Below are positions 18,696 through 29,366 of a stretch of 64,000 nt of DNA, in pieces. Made by a program: the position numbers and the translations under genes. Positions within the stretch are counted from its first letter, which is position 1; each line of letters opens with the position of its first letter. A model generated the notes under the pieces. It was not told the DNA's origin. It ran no database searches and saw only the letters and a program-made list of their open reading frames with translations. The stretch lies in the NCBI GenBank assembly GCA_044229845.1, contig JBGASG010000001.1, forward strand, positions 896,001 through 960,000. Reading direction: 5' to 3'. Origin of the DNA: Candidatus Obscuribacteraceae bacterium. Lineage in GTDB: Bacteria; Cyanobacteriota; Vampirovibrionia; Obscuribacterales; Obscuribacteraceae.

Positions 18696-21600
18696 TTACC
18701 AACCCACTCCGTCGAAGACCCAGCCTGCCCAGTAATAGGGATGCTTCCATTTGCCACCAGGAGCCGACCTGACGGTGTTCTGAGCGGCTCTCAACGCGGC
18801 TACGGGTTGCATCGGATTGGTTGGGTTCCAAAGATTCTGGTAGAAGTTCTTCATCAACTCTTTGGTTGCGCGATCATCAACCGGCCAGAGAGACATCAGC
18901 ACTCCGCGTGCACCGGCTCCGATCAGTGCGGCGCGCAGCCCCATCACACCCTGCCCTTCGTAATCTTTGCCGCGACCGGTGTTGCATGCGGATAGAACAA
19001 CCAGGTTACAGTGGCTGAGATCTTGGCCGACCAGTTCTTCGGCCGTCAGTCGGTCGTTGGCGTTCACATTGGCGCCCTGGGCTGGTGCTACGAGCAAGCC
19101 TGACATTACGAGCGGGTTTCGTGCGGATATCACAGCCGTGGTGTTGAGTCCGCCCTCTCCTGTGGAAACTGTCGCGAAGCTTCTCTGCGACGCCAACAAC
19201 TGATCTGCGACAGTTTGTGCATGTTGCTGACTGATTGTTTTTTCGTCACCTTGATCGAAAAAGCCGTGAGTAGCAAGGTGCGCATAAGTTGCCGTCCCGA
19301 GTTGTCTCAAAACTTCGTTCTTTGTCGGCTCAGCACCGGTCAGTTTCGACAGATGCAGTTTCATCGGCTCGGCAAGTTTCGAAATGTCGGCGACTTCAGA
19401 TTCGGTGCCGGGAAGAAACAGAGATTGTTGAGCGAACCGAATACCGCCAACCAACAGGAGATCTTGCGCGACCGGAGTCTGGTGTGGCGCTTTGAGCTGC
19501 CACCAAGCCCTGGGGCTATCGATTTGGCTAGTCAGTACCTGTCCGTTTTCCACTGAATCCACCATGGTGGACCACGGCAAAGTGGCTAGCTGGGAATCCG
19601 GGCAAATCCACACTCGGCGTATGCCGGGAGGCAGTGCAGCTTTTATCGGCGTCCACAGTTTTTGTGTGACGGTGCCGGTAGCGGCATCCAGGTCGATCTG
19701 AGTTTTGGCAGGCTCAGCTGATTTGGGATCTTCATCCAAGATCGACACGTCACGGGTGCTGCCGGAATTGGATGCCATTGCCTGCAGCCACTGGGCGGAC
19801 AGCTTTTCGATGTCATCCGCATCTCCCAGACGGAATCCTTTGACACCGGCTTTCTTCGAAACTACGAAAGCGTAATATGCAGGTTTGTTAGCGAGCAAAT
19901 CTTTATAGCGCAGTACGTCCACCAGAGCTTCGTCGTTTGCCAGTGAATTGACAAAGTCACGTGGAGTCAGCGTTAGCATCGGATCGGTGGTGGCAGTGGT
20001 GACCGTGGTGCTGAGAGCGAGTTTACGCTCCAATGCCTCCTTCGCTTCGGTCTTGGTTTGAATCGCAGCCGCAGTAGATGCAGCTTGATTATTCATGCCG
20101 CCGCCCGATGAAAGTTGCGACAACTCTTGTCTGATTTGTCGCAGTTGCGCGACAGTCTGCGGATCACCGCTGCGCTCGATACTGGTCTGTCGCCTCACCG
20201 CATCTATGAGTAGACCTTGCCAGCGCATCACATATTTGAATGGTTCAGCAGCAGTATCGCCAGTAGTGCCGAGCGAAAGCAGCGGATTGATCTCATCGCG
20301 TACACATTTGATAAACGCGCATTGTTCAGCAAAGGAAAGTTCTGGAAACCCGGTTTTGATGTAGGTGTCCAGTTTGTCGCAGGCGAGCAGCGCATTTTCA
20401 ATGGCGGCTTGTTTCTTGCCGAGCTTGCTGCCGGTGAAAGCTATGCCATTCAAGTCTGCCACCAATCCCAATACTCCGTCGGTGGACTTATCGGTGCCGT
20501 GTAGAATAAATGCCTGTCTGTACTCTGCATCGGCGAGCTTATAATCTTGCTTCGCCAGCGCCAGACCACCCAATAGAAGGTGCGCCTTAGCCAACTCGAT
20601 CTCATCGTATGAGGTCTTCTCTCTCAGGTTCGAGAGAATTGAGACTGCGTCCTGAGCATATCTGGTGGCTTCGCTTTTGTCGTTGCCCATGCTCAACACC
20701 TGAGCTAGCGCCAGATAGTGGCGTGCCATATCACTGTTTTGCTGCAGCCATTTGGTTTTCAGTGTCAGCATACGCGCGTAAAGTTCGGCCGCTTCCAGAT
20801 CTCCTCTGGCTCTGGCGATCGCCGTCAGTGTCTCCAGGCACATCATCCCGGCGACGTTTTCCTGATAGTGGGTAACTCCCCAATTCTTTTGACAGATCGC
20901 TTCAGCGGCTTTTGCTTTTTGCCAAGCAACATCGTAGTCGCGTTCGAGATAACAAATTCGTGCATCAGCAATGGCGGTGCGCGCCGTGCCTGTGGGATCG
21001 TTGTGAGCCTGAAACCAGAGGTTCGCTTTTTCATAAGCGGTACGTGCCTGCCCGAATTCTCCTAGATTCTCGTACAGGAGTCCGAATCCGCCCCATTCGC
21101 GGCCGGCATTCGGCGAATCCGGAGCAAGGTTTGCGCGGGCTAAAGTTGCCATTTCCAACGCTTGCGATTTGGTCTCGGCATTTCCGGCAAGCAGGTACGC
21201 AAGCCGCAGGATGGAAGGCTGAAATGACTTGAGACGCACATCGTGTCTGTCGCGCAATTTTACCCAAATCTTGTATGCGTCCAGAGCGGGAGCTGTGTAA
21301 TCACCTCCGAGATTGGCGAGACGCACGGCGATTTGGAATTTGTCGTCGGCAATTCTTGGCGTATCGGGACCTTCAACACGCAGCCTGATCTGAATGGCTT
21401 CTTCAAGCAAGGGAATCAGGGGCTGTCGTTTGATGCGAAAGTTTGGATAGGCAAAGCCAACGGATTCCAAAAAATCAGCGTACGCCAGAGAACGTGAATT
21501 AACACCGCCATTAGGATCAAGTCGGGCTTTGGTGTCTGCGATGGTTTTAGCGAGATCGACGGCGTTGCCGCCAAACTTGCTTTTATAGACGCTGGTGGCC

Positions 21601-22649
21601 ATTGCGCTCTGGGTTTCTATGACCACATCAATAAAAACGTTCTTTCGCACCTGTCTTTTGTTGGCTATGCTCACGTAAGCCTGGTTGTAATAAGGTTCTG
21701 CCTCTCCGAGACGTCCCAACTCGACCAGTGCCCGGCCCAGTTCCTTAAGTGGATCTTCCAGTTCGGAGGCGGTGGCTTTGGACTTGATCAGCAAATCCAA
21801 CTGAGTGCGGTATGCCTTTTCCGCCGCCTGCAGGTTTCCTTTCCTTCTATTGAGCTTTCCGAGGTCGCCATACAGATAGGCACAAGTCGTACTTGACGCC
21901 AGGTTATTCTTCGTCAAAATGTCGATGGCTTTTGTGTAGCTGGCTTCCGCCTGTGTGTAGTCACTACGCATGTAATAACAGTCGCCCAGATACTCGACGG
22001 CAGTCGCCAGCGAGTCGGGGTCGTTCAATGAATTGCGGTGTTCTCTTAGTGCGATTACTTGCTTGTAGACCTTCTCTGCTCGGTCGTATTGGCGCCGATA
22101 CTTGTATATGTCCGCCAGGCAGGAGAGGGGATAAGCAGCTTCCACACTATTGGGACCCCAGATGGCTAGAGCCCGTTCTAGAAGCGGCTCTGCCTCGGTA
22201 TCGCGAAATTGTCCAGAGAACAGCGAGCCTAGCTGTGCGAAAGCGCCGGCTTGAAGGTCCACCAATGCCGATTCGATCTGCTTCGGCGTAAGTCCCCGAT
22301 CGCGCAGAGTCTTTGTTCTAGGAGGCTTTAACTCAGCGATCTTGACGGCCCGTTCTGCATTCTTTTGTGCATCGGTCAACAAATTGTCCGAATTGTAAGC
22401 CCGGCTCAATGCTACTAAAACAGGAATCAATTCGACTGTTTCTGGGTCTTTTGCTTCTATTTGCTTAATCAGTGCCAGCAGTTTGGTTTGCGCGCCTTTG
22501 TAATTGCCCGAATCCTGGTCTGCCATCGCTGCAGCGAACGCATCCTGCGAAGAAGACCCTGCAGAAGCTGTTTCTCCAGCGGATGAAATCGGCATCGTGC
22601 TTGCCAATAGCAGCATCGCGCAGCAAAGGGTGACTAGAAATCTCGGCAT
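18696..22649 (-). CDS. Secreted TPR + CHAT-domain protease (paralog with extra N-terminal TPRs)
   Basis: Same CHAT motifs (HLATHGFF, LSACNTG, HPYYWAGW); many TPRs; signal peptide. Confidence 0.92.
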   Translation of the reverse strand: MPRFLVTLCCAMLLLASTMPISSAGETASAGSSSQDAFAAAMADQDSGNYKGAQTKLLALIKQIEAKDPETVELIPVLVALSRAYNSDNLLTDAQKNAERAVKIAELKPPRTKTLRDRGLTPKQIESALVDLQAGAFAQLGSLFSGQFRDTEAEPLLERALAIWGPNSVEAAYPLSCLADIYKYRRQYDRAEKVYKQVIALREHRNSLNDPDSLATAVEYLGDCYYMRSDYTQAEASYTKAIDILTKNNLASSTTCAYLYGDLGKLNRRKGNLQAAEKAYRTQLDLLIKSKATASELEDPLKELGRALVELGRLGEAEPYYNQAYVSIANKRQVRKNVFIDVVIETQSAMATSVYKSKFGGNAVDLAKTIADTKARLDPNGGVNSRSLAYADFLESVGFAYPNFRIKRQPLIPLLEEAIQIRLRVEGPDTPRIADDKFQIAVRLANLGGDYTAPALDAYKIWVKLRDRHDVRLKSFQPSILRLAYLLAGNAETKSQALEMATLARANLAPDSPNAGREWGGFGLLYENLGEFGQARTAYEKANLWFQAHNDPTGTARTAIADARICYLERDYDVAWQKAKAAEAICQKNWGVTHYQENVAGMMCLETLTAIARARGDLEAAELYARMLTLKTKWLQQNSDMARHYLALAQVLSMGNDKSEATRYAQDAVSILSNLREKTSYDEIELAKAHLLLGGLALAKQDYKLADAEYRQAFILHGTDKSTDGVLGLVADLNGIAFTGSKLGKKQAAIENALLACDKLDTYIKTGFPELSFAEQCAFIKCVRDEINPLLSLGTTGDTAAEPFKYVMRWQGLLIDAVRRQTSIERSGDPQTVAQLRQIRQELSQLSSGGGMNNQAASTAAAIQTKTEAKEALERKLALSTTVTTATTDPMLTLTPRDFVNSLANDEALVDVLRYKDLLANKPAYYAFVVSKKAGVKGFRLGDADDIEKLSAQWLQAMASNSGSTRDVSILDEDPKSAEPAKTQIDLDAATGTVTQKLWTPIKAALPPGIRRVWICPDSQLATLPWSTMVDSVENGQVLTSQIDSPRAWWQLKAPHQTPVAQDLLLVGGIRFAQQSLFLPGTESEVADISKLAEPMKLHLSKLTGAEPTKNEVLRQLGTATYAHLATHGFFDQGDEKTISQQHAQTVADQLLASQRSFATVSTGEGGLNTTAVISARNPLVMSGLLVAPAQGANVNANDRLTAEELVGQDLSHCNLVVLSACNTGRGKDYEGQGVMGLRAALIGAGARGVLMSLWPVDDRATKELMKNFYQNLWNPTNPMQPVAALRAAQNTVRSAPGGKWKHPYYWAGWVFDGVGW

Positions 22650-22888
22650 GGTATAGCGTCTTGCGAGGAAGCAGGAACGAATTATATCGTTTTGGCAGTG
22701 CCTGTGTTGTCTTTAAGCAACATATTTAGTAATCAAGAGGCGTCAAGTCCGCGCTTTGGATGACACTACGGGTGGTATTACCAGGACGGACACCAGAGGC
22801 GGCTTTTCGATTTCCAGACTTCTTGCCGACTCGACAGGCAAGCCCTGTGAGTGGCATGATAATATCAACGAGATAGATCTCACAATGA

Positions 22889-25800
22889 GTGGCGGTCGCC
22901 AGCATGTTGAATCGGGTCTCAGCGCTAAGAATACTCGTTGCAATCGTGATTGCCGTGTCCCTCGGCGGGTGTAGCAGCCTGGTCGAGAAAGTTAAATCGC
23001 TCAGCCCCTTCGGCAAATCTAAAGTCCAGCGCAATGACCTTCGCCTGATTATCGATCGTGGGCACGACGGCGACATCATGGCCATCAAGTTCAATCCGTC
23101 TGGAAAATTGCTCGCCAGCGGCAGCGACGACCGGACTGTAAAAATCTGGGATGTGCCAAACCAGTGCGAACTGCGTACTATCGAGACGGGCTTCAAAGTA
23201 ATCGCGATTGCCTTCAGCCATGATGGCACGCTGATCGCAGCCGGCAGCTACGAGAACAAAGAAAAGAATCACTGTCCCATACAAGTGTGGAATGCCTTGA
23301 CCGGCGAGAAGGTCATGGAATTCTTCACTGACGATACCGGAGTTAACGATCTGGCATTTACTCCGGATGACAAATCATTGGCTGTCACATGTACGCGTGG
23401 CAAAGACAAGCAAAAAGACGGCGCTGCGGTGCGTTTCTGGAACATAAAGACCGGCAAGTGCACGGAGACTTTCTACGGACCGGAGGAGCACTCTTGCAAC
23501 AGTCTTTGTTTTAGTCCAGATGGTGAAAATCTGGTAGGCACTACATCTGGTGGACTCATCACCGTATGGAACGTGTCTGATCAGAAGAAGTTGAAAAGTT
23601 TTGACTGCGACTTTGAAGATGCTACCCGCGCTGTAGTGACCTATAGCCCCGACGGGAAGACGCTTGGACTGCTTAATGCCACCAAAGTGGTTCTCATAAA
23701 CATTGAAGACGGGACGAAAAAATCCGTGACGCTGCCAGGAAAAGTGGATCAGCCGAGCATTGCCTTCAGCCCGAACGGAAAAGCCGTCATTGCCACCACC
23801 AAAGACATGATTTACATGTTGAGCACGGACGACTTGCACGAGATTCTCAGAAAGGACAGAGAAACGAAAGCTGTTGCGTTTGCGCCTAATGGTCGGTGCT
23901 TTGCCACCAGTCGCGCAGACCATATCTCAGTCTACGATTCGGGAGACGCCGAGAGATGGTATTCATTGGGTCTTGACGGACCGCCGATGTCTATGGCGGA
24001 TTTCTCGTTCAGTCCTGATGGCAAGAGCATCGTCACTTGCGAAGCAAACGCGAAACTCTGGGATCTTACGGGCAAGCGTAACGTCCGCATGTTCGACTAT
24101 CAGGAAGCCGCCATCAGTCCGGATGGCTCTTTGATTGCGGTCGGCGGATATGTTTTCATGCACGGCTATACCAATACTGTTGAGATCAGAAACACGCAGA
24201 CTGGCGGCATCCTTCGCACGATTAAAACGGCAGGACCAGTGCAGCAGCTCTGTTTCTCCAGTGACGGCAAACATATCTTCAGCATCGATGAAGAGGAGAG
24301 GAATCGGAAAGGCGACTACGGAGCCTCCATGGTTCAGAGCTTTGATGTGGCGACCGGAAAGGAGACTTTGCGAGTCGCTTACAAGGATAAGGAGTACGAT
24401 ACGCCCTGGGAGATGGATTCGAAGACTGACACAGCTGCCTGCCCCAGGAAAGCCGGCATCGATATAATCGACATGCGCACGGGCAAGACGAAATCCAGTG
24501 TCAAGTCGACGGGCGACATCAACATGGACCTCTCCGAGGGTGCTAAGTTTCTTTCGGTGGTACAGGTGCATGACCTTTGTGTTCATGATCTCGAGCACGG
24601 CAACCGCGTGATCATGAAATTGACCGAGCCGAAAGATTACATCAGGACCGTCGGCTCCCTGGCGATTTCGCCGGACGGCAAGACGCTGGTGACTTCCAGT
24701 CGCAGTGAGAATGCCACCCGTGTCTGGAGTGTCCCGGACGGCAAGCTTCTCGACACGCTTGACGGAACAGCCGGCATAGTCAGGTTCAGTCCGGACGGTT
24801 CGCTGCTCGGAAGCGCCGAAAATCGCATGTTGGTGCTCAGGAAGACGGACGATTGGACCGAGCTTGCCAAAATAGTGCCTCTCGCTCACAGCGAATGGGT
24901 GGTTCTGGATCCTGAAGGAAGATTCGATTCATCCAAGAGAGGGCGAATGGTTATTCACTTCGCCAAAGGCACCGCTTTCCTGTCGCTCGACCAGCTGTGG
25001 AGTCAGTATTATCAACCCAACTTGTTGTCCAGGTTGGTAGGCTTCAACTCCGAGCCACTGCGGGCTGCTCCTGCCATGACTGATATCGGACTGGCGCCCG
25101 AAGTGGAGTTGGAACCGCCGGCGAAAGGGTCTGGTGTGCTGAACATCAAGATCAAGAAACGCGACGGCGGCTTAGGCAAAGTGGTTGTTCGCGTCAACGG
25201 CAAGGAGTTGCCGGCGCAGGCGCAGCCACGCGCTTTGGATCTGGGAGGGACTGACGTTAAGGTGCGGGCAGACCTGATGCAGGCTGCATCCGCGGAGTAT
25301 GGCAAGACAAATAAGGTGAGCGTCGTTGTCTACAACGCCGACGGCACCATGACCAGTCGCGATTGCCAGGTCTCGTGGGCGGCACCGGAGACGGAGGCTG
25401 AGCCAGCTCATGCGAAGCCGGAACTCTATGCCATCATATGTGGTACTTCCAAGTACAAGAACTCGCGGCTGAATTTGACGTTTCCTGCAAAAGACGCGAC
25501 GGATTTCAGCAAGTCTCTGGAGATTGGTGCGCCTTCGCTCTTCGGTACCGAGAAGGTGCATATCATCCTGCTGACGACGGATAGCGAGTCAGATGAGACA
25601 CCGACCAAGGCTCACCTCGAAGCCGCTTTTGCCGCGGCCAAAAAATCGCGGCCGGACGATGTGTTTGTCGTGTACATGGCTGGTCATGGCGTTACCGTCA
25701 AGGAACCGGCTGACACGTACTACTACCTGCTCACAGATGCGGAGAGCGCAGATTTATCTAATAAGAAACTGCGAGACGCCAGCACCGTTTCCAGCGAGGA

Positions 25801-26602
25801 ACTGGCTGACTGGATCACGAGAATTCCTGCGAAACACCAGGTAATGATCTTCGATACGTGTGGTGCAGGAGGATTGATCAAGAAACTGGCGCAACGTCGA
25901 GATTTCTCCACTGATGGTATTCGTGCCATCGAGCTGTTGAACAGACGAGCGGGGACTCACGTGTTGCTTGGATGCGCCGCCGATGCGGTGAGTTATGAAT
26001 CGAGTCAGTATTCGCAGGGATTGCTTACTTATGCCCTGCTGGAAGGGATGCGCACCACGAAGGGGCTGCATAAGGATTCGGAAGGTTATGAGCAAGATGT
26101 TCTGACGTTGTTTAACTACGCGCGCAATCGCGTGCCCGAGTTAGCTCAATCAATAGGCGGCATCCAGGAACCACGGGTGGTGGCAGACCCGGAAGGCAGC
26201 TTCGCCATCGGGTTGTTGAAGCCGGAGGACACGGGCAAGATACCTCTGGCTAAAGCGAAACATCGATTAACACCACCGCGCCTTGTGGACGCCGATCAGG
26301 TCGATGATACGCTCGACTTAAGTAATCGACTGGGCATTAAGTTGAGTGACCTCGCTACTCCGACGAAGAGCAGATCGACGGAGCCGTATGTCTACATCAC
26401 CGACGCGGATCTTGCCGACGCAATCAGGGTGTTCGGTAAATATAAGGTTTCTGGAAATAAGGTGACCGTTACGGTCAACATGCTTCGCAATCACGAGCAG
26501 TTAGAGAAGTTCTCGGTCGAGGGAACCAAGGACGATCTGCCCAAACTGGTCGGAGCGCTTTCCGACAAGATACGCGCCACACTGCGCAAGGTCGCTACGT
26601 GA
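22889..26602 (+). CDS. WD40-repeat + caspase-like (C14) lipoprotein
   Basis: LGGC lipobox; GH...SGSDDRTVKIWD repeats; YMAGHG and FDTCGAG dyad; GLLTYALL. Confidence 0.9.
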   Translation: MAVASMLNRVSALRILVAIVIAVSLGGCSSLVEKVKSLSPFGKSKVQRNDLRLIIDRGHDGDIMAIKFNPSGKLLASGSDDRTVKIWDVPNQCELRTIETGFKVIAIAFSHDGTLIAAGSYENKEKNHCPIQVWNALTGEKVMEFFTDDTGVNDLAFTPDDKSLAVTCTRGKDKQKDGAAVRFWNIKTGKCTETFYGPEEHSCNSLCFSPDGENLVGTTSGGLITVWNVSDQKKLKSFDCDFEDATRAVVTYSPDGKTLGLLNATKVVLINIEDGTKKSVTLPGKVDQPSIAFSPNGKAVIATTKDMIYMLSTDDLHEILRKDRETKAVAFAPNGRCFATSRADHISVYDSGDAERWYSLGLDGPPMSMADFSFSPDGKSIVTCEANAKLWDLTGKRNVRMFDYQEAAISPDGSLIAVGGYVFMHGYTNTVEIRNTQTGGILRTIKTAGPVQQLCFSSDGKHIFSIDEEERNRKGDYGASMVQSFDVATGKETLRVAYKDKEYDTPWEMDSKTDTAACPRKAGIDIIDMRTGKTKSSVKSTGDINMDLSEGAKFLSVVQVHDLCVHDLEHGNRVIMKLTEPKDYIRTVGSLAISPDGKTLVTSSRSENATRVWSVPDGKLLDTLDGTAGIVRFSPDGSLLGSAENRMLVLRKTDDWTELAKIVPLAHSEWVVLDPEGRFDSSKRGRMVIHFAKGTAFLSLDQLWSQYYQPNLLSRLVGFNSEPLRAAPAMTDIGLAPEVELEPPAKGSGVLNIKIKKRDGGLGKVVVRVNGKELPAQAQPRALDLGGTDVKVRADLMQAASAEYGKTNKVSVVVYNADGTMTSRDCQVSWAAPETEAEPAHAKPELYAIICGTSKYKNSRLNLTFPAKDATDFSKSLEIGAPSLFGTEKVHIILLTTDSESDETPTKAHLEAAFAAAKKSRPDDVFVVYMAGHGVTVKEPADTYYYLLTDAESADLSNKKLRDASTVSSEELADWITRIPAKHQVMIFDTCGAGGLIKKLAQRRDFSTDGIRAIELLNRRAGTHVLLGCAADAVSYESSQYSQGLLTYALLEGMRTTKGLHKDSEGYEQDVLTLFNYARNRVPELAQSIGGIQEPRVVADPEGSFAIGLLKPEDTGKIPLAKAKHRLTPPRLVDADQVDDTLDLSNRLGIKLSDLATPTKSRSTEPYVYITDADLADAIRVFGKYKVSGNKVTVTVNMLRNHEQLEKFSVEGTKDDLPKLVGALSDKIRATLRKVAT

Positions 26603-26678
26603 GGATGATGTTGGTGTTGGTGACTACGGTTTGCGTGTCCCTCGACTTGTTCGCAAGGCATACTAAACAAGGGAACAA

Positions 26679-27008
26679 ATGCCCAAACAAAAGGACTTTG
26701 CTCATTGGCTGTTCGAACAGAATGTTCTCCCATGGCTGACGGCATTCAGTTGGATTATTGGTTTCGAACTTACCGACGCCGATAAGAAGTCAGTGGAGGC
26801 GAAGGTTGATACCAGCGACTTTGACAGCGAAAGCTGGTGCCACTTCGAATTTACAGGCAGGCATAGCGTCAAAGTGAGATTTGCTAAGGGACCTCGACCT
26901 GGCATTGTGCATGTTCGAGGTGAGGTTCCAAAACACCTGCATGAGCAAGTAGAAGTTGCGCTGATTATATTTGGTCACTTTCGTCTCGTTGATCCTTCGG
27001 AGCAATAG
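26679..27008 (+). CDS. Hypothetical protein
   Basis: 109 aa ORF with AAGGGA RBS. Confidence 0.55.
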   Translation: MPKQKDFAHWLFEQNVLPWLTAFSWIIGFELTDADKKSVEAKVDTSDFDSESWCHFEFTGRHSVKVRFAKGPRPGIVHVRGEVPKHLHEQVEVALIIFGHFRLVDPSEQ

Positions 27009-27016
27009 CTACTCAC

Positions 27017-27724
27017 TCAGAGGCTGAATCTGAATAAGACGTGCTTATTCTTGTTGCGAGCCGTCTTGCAGGTCACGACAATCTTTTTGAGCAATTCCGC
27101 CACATTTCGCTGTTCCAAATGATACTCGGCGAAGCGGGGCTCGATCTTCATCCAGTCAACTGCGACTTGCGACACCTCACTGTCCTTGACGCCTGCGAGC
27201 GTTTCGACGAATGCATCCGGAAATTTGGTGACAAAGCATTCGGCTCCCATGATGGACGGATACAGAAGTTTGAAATATTTGTAGTAGCTTTTGTCGGTCG
27301 CCTGATGCTTTTCTGCATCTCGCATCAGGCGATCCATTAGACCTGGATGCTTCGCCTCGAAATCCTTGAGTGTTTCTGCGACGGTCTTTCCTGTGGAAAG
27401 CTTTGTATCTGAATTCGCGGGGGTGCCCGATGCAACAGCAATCACCGGGGGACCCTGTTTAGGCAGAGAGTACTCCTGAAGTTTCATGGTCTTGTTTCGT
27501 GTGCGACACACCGATAATAGGGACAATTGCCTGGCTTCATCAAAACCCGATACATCAACCGAGTCTGAAGTGTCAGATTCGCCTTCGCAGATGTCCTTTG
27601 CTGCGCTTTCATCTGCCACATAGAGGTCGTACAGTTGGCTAGCGACTGACGCTGGCCCAGTCATCAGTAGAGCAAGAGCTGTAGAAATGACTACCGGCAC
27701 CAATCTCTCAAATGTACTTGTCAT
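27017..27724 (-). CDS. Hypothetical secreted protein
   Basis: Signal-peptide-like N-terminus, 235 aa. Confidence 0.6.
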   Translation of the reverse strand: MTSTFERLVPVVISTALALLMTGPASVASQLYDLYVADESAAKDICEGESDTSDSVDVSGFDEARQLSLLSVCRTRNKTMKLQEYSLPKQGPPVIAVASGTPANSDTKLSTGKTVAETLKDFEAKHPGLMDRLMRDAEKHQATDKSYYKYFKLLYPSIMGAECFVTKFPDAFVETLAGVKDSEVSQVAVDWMKIEPRFAEYHLEQRNVAELLKKIVVTCKTARNKNKHVLFRFSL

Positions 27725-27855
27725 TGAATCCTTCGCGAGGGTCGCATCACTACCGGCGCTGCTAGCCTACACGGAAACTCTAGGAGTCTCAAGCGTGGTT
27801 CTTTGCAGATGGTAGAATCGAAGAGTCCCGGCTTTCGATTGGTCCGTAAACAGCT

Positions 27856-28233
27856 ATGAGTATGTTCGATTGGGTAGTTTGCACGCTTTCTGAATGGCTC
27901 TTGAATCGTGCCCGAGGCACATCTGCCGATGGCAACGCCGAAGCGATCTCCCGGGTCCACAAGTATGAGCACAGACCACGACCAACATGGTCTGTGCGCC
28001 CAGGCGAGGATCTGTGCAAGCTGTCTAGGCAACTCTTCCATAAGGCCGAACTTGGTTGGCTGATTGCGGACATTAATGCAGGTAGCATCAGCGAGATGTT
28101 TGACGGCAGGAAACGTATCATCGAACTATCTGTCGGTCAAAAGATCGAGTTGCCTGTGTGGCAGGACGTAGTCGAGTTCTACAGGCTAAAAAACAACTTC
28201 AGATCGAGCGACGTTATCACCGTGATCAAGTAA
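27856..28233 (+). CDS. LysM-like domain protein, possibly a gene fragment
   Basis: WSVRPGEDLCKLS...WLIADIN...LSVGQKIELP resembles LysM. Confidence 0.5.
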   Translation: MSMFDWVVCTLSEWLLNRARGTSADGNAEAISRVHKYEHRPRPTWSVRPGEDLCKLSRQLFHKAELGWLIADINAGSISEMFDGRKRIIELSVGQKIELPVWQDVVEFYRLKNNFRSSDVITVIK

Positions 28234-28438
28234 GAGTACCTCATCTCGATCTAAGAGGAGAGTGCTTTGGCAATAGTGAGCGCGCTCTGGCTGACCCTAC
28301 ATGTGGTGGCACGCACACGTGGACACCTTTTGCCTAATCGAATCCAGCGGTTTGAGAGTTGTAGAGCATGTATACCAAGGGTTTACAAGACAGCCTATAT
28401 CTAAACCTAGCAGTCTGAAACATGCTAGAATGTCAACC

Positions 28439-29269
28439 ATGGGTATACAAAGATACGACAAGCTAAACCACCTTCAAAGGGTACTACCGGAAGGCTTGCT
28501 GGTGGATTCCGCCTGGCTACAGGCGCAGGGTTATTCGCGTCAGCTTATAGCCAAGTATGTGCGCCACTGTTGGCTTAGTTCGCCAGTGCGCGGGGTCTAC
28601 CGAAGAGGCAGTGCGGCGACCGATATACATAGATGGGAGCCCGTGGTCATATCTTTGCAGTCCCTGTTGAAACTGTCCCTCACCGTCGGCGGGCGGACGG
28701 CGCTCGAGCTTGACGGTGTCACGCATTATCTCTCAATGCACGACAAAGGTGAGGTTCATCTCTACGCGTCGGAGGCGCTACCGGGCTGGGTTGCCAGGCT
28801 TCCAGTGAAGCATGATTTTGTACTTCACTCGACCAACCTGTTCAAGACCGCTACCGCGCAGATAGAACGAGATAGCCAACTACGCGCTGCGAATTTCGCA
28901 GCGTACAAGTGGGGAGCATCCGAGTGGACGATTCGGGTCTCGACGCCCGAGCGCGCGGTTCTCGAGCTTCTCGATGAATTGCCGATGCGCGAAAGTTTTC
29001 ATCAGGCAGATGTCCTGATGGAAAGTCTGACCAACTTGCGTCCTCAGTACATGAACTCGCTGCTAGTCGATTGTCGGAGCATCAAAACAAAACGCCTATT
29101 CCTTTGGTTAGCCGAGCGACATAATCATCCCTGGTTCAAGAAACTCGAAATCGAAACAATCGACTTGGGAAAAGGCAAGCGCATGATCGTCGCCGGCGGC
29201 AAGCTGGATACGAAATATCTGATCACGGTGCCGGAAGAGTTTGCAAATGATAGAGAGCGCGCCATATAG
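28439..29269 (+). CDS. abiEi: Type IV TA antitoxin, AbiEi family
   Basis: KLNHLQRVLPEGLLVDSAWL, GGRTALEL, STPERAVLELLDELP, KRLFLWLAERHNH, DLGKGKR. Confidence 0.85.
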   Translation: MGIQRYDKLNHLQRVLPEGLLVDSAWLQAQGYSRQLIAKYVRHCWLSSPVRGVYRRGSAATDIHRWEPVVISLQSLLKLSLTVGGRTALELDGVTHYLSMHDKGEVHLYASEALPGWVARLPVKHDFVLHSTNLFKTATAQIERDSQLRAANFAAYKWGASEWTIRVSTPERAVLELLDELPMRESFHQADVLMESLTNLRPQYMNSLLVDCRSIKTKRLFLWLAERHNHPWFKKLEIETIDLGKGKRMIVAGGKLDTKYLITVPEEFANDRERAI

Positions 29270-29366
29270 ACGACAAGTCAGCTTGTTGGTTCGTGTCTTG
29301 CCCATCGTCGGGGAAGAAAAATGCTTTGCACTGAAGGGTGGAACTGCATTTGAAGAAAGCTCTTGA
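29247..29366 (+). pseudogene. abiEii: Truncated AbiEii nucleotidyltransferase toxin (39 aa remnant)
   Basis: Hand translation MIESAPYRRQVSLLVRVLPIVGEEKCFALKGGTAFEESS*. Carries the AbiEii N-terminal FALKGGTA motif, overlaps the abiEi end, then stops. Confidence 0.8.

Noticed and set aside
15405..22649. Craspase/Csx29-type CRISPR-associated TPR-CHAT
   Set aside because: No type III-E cas genes or array in the window, and both proteins carry signal peptides.
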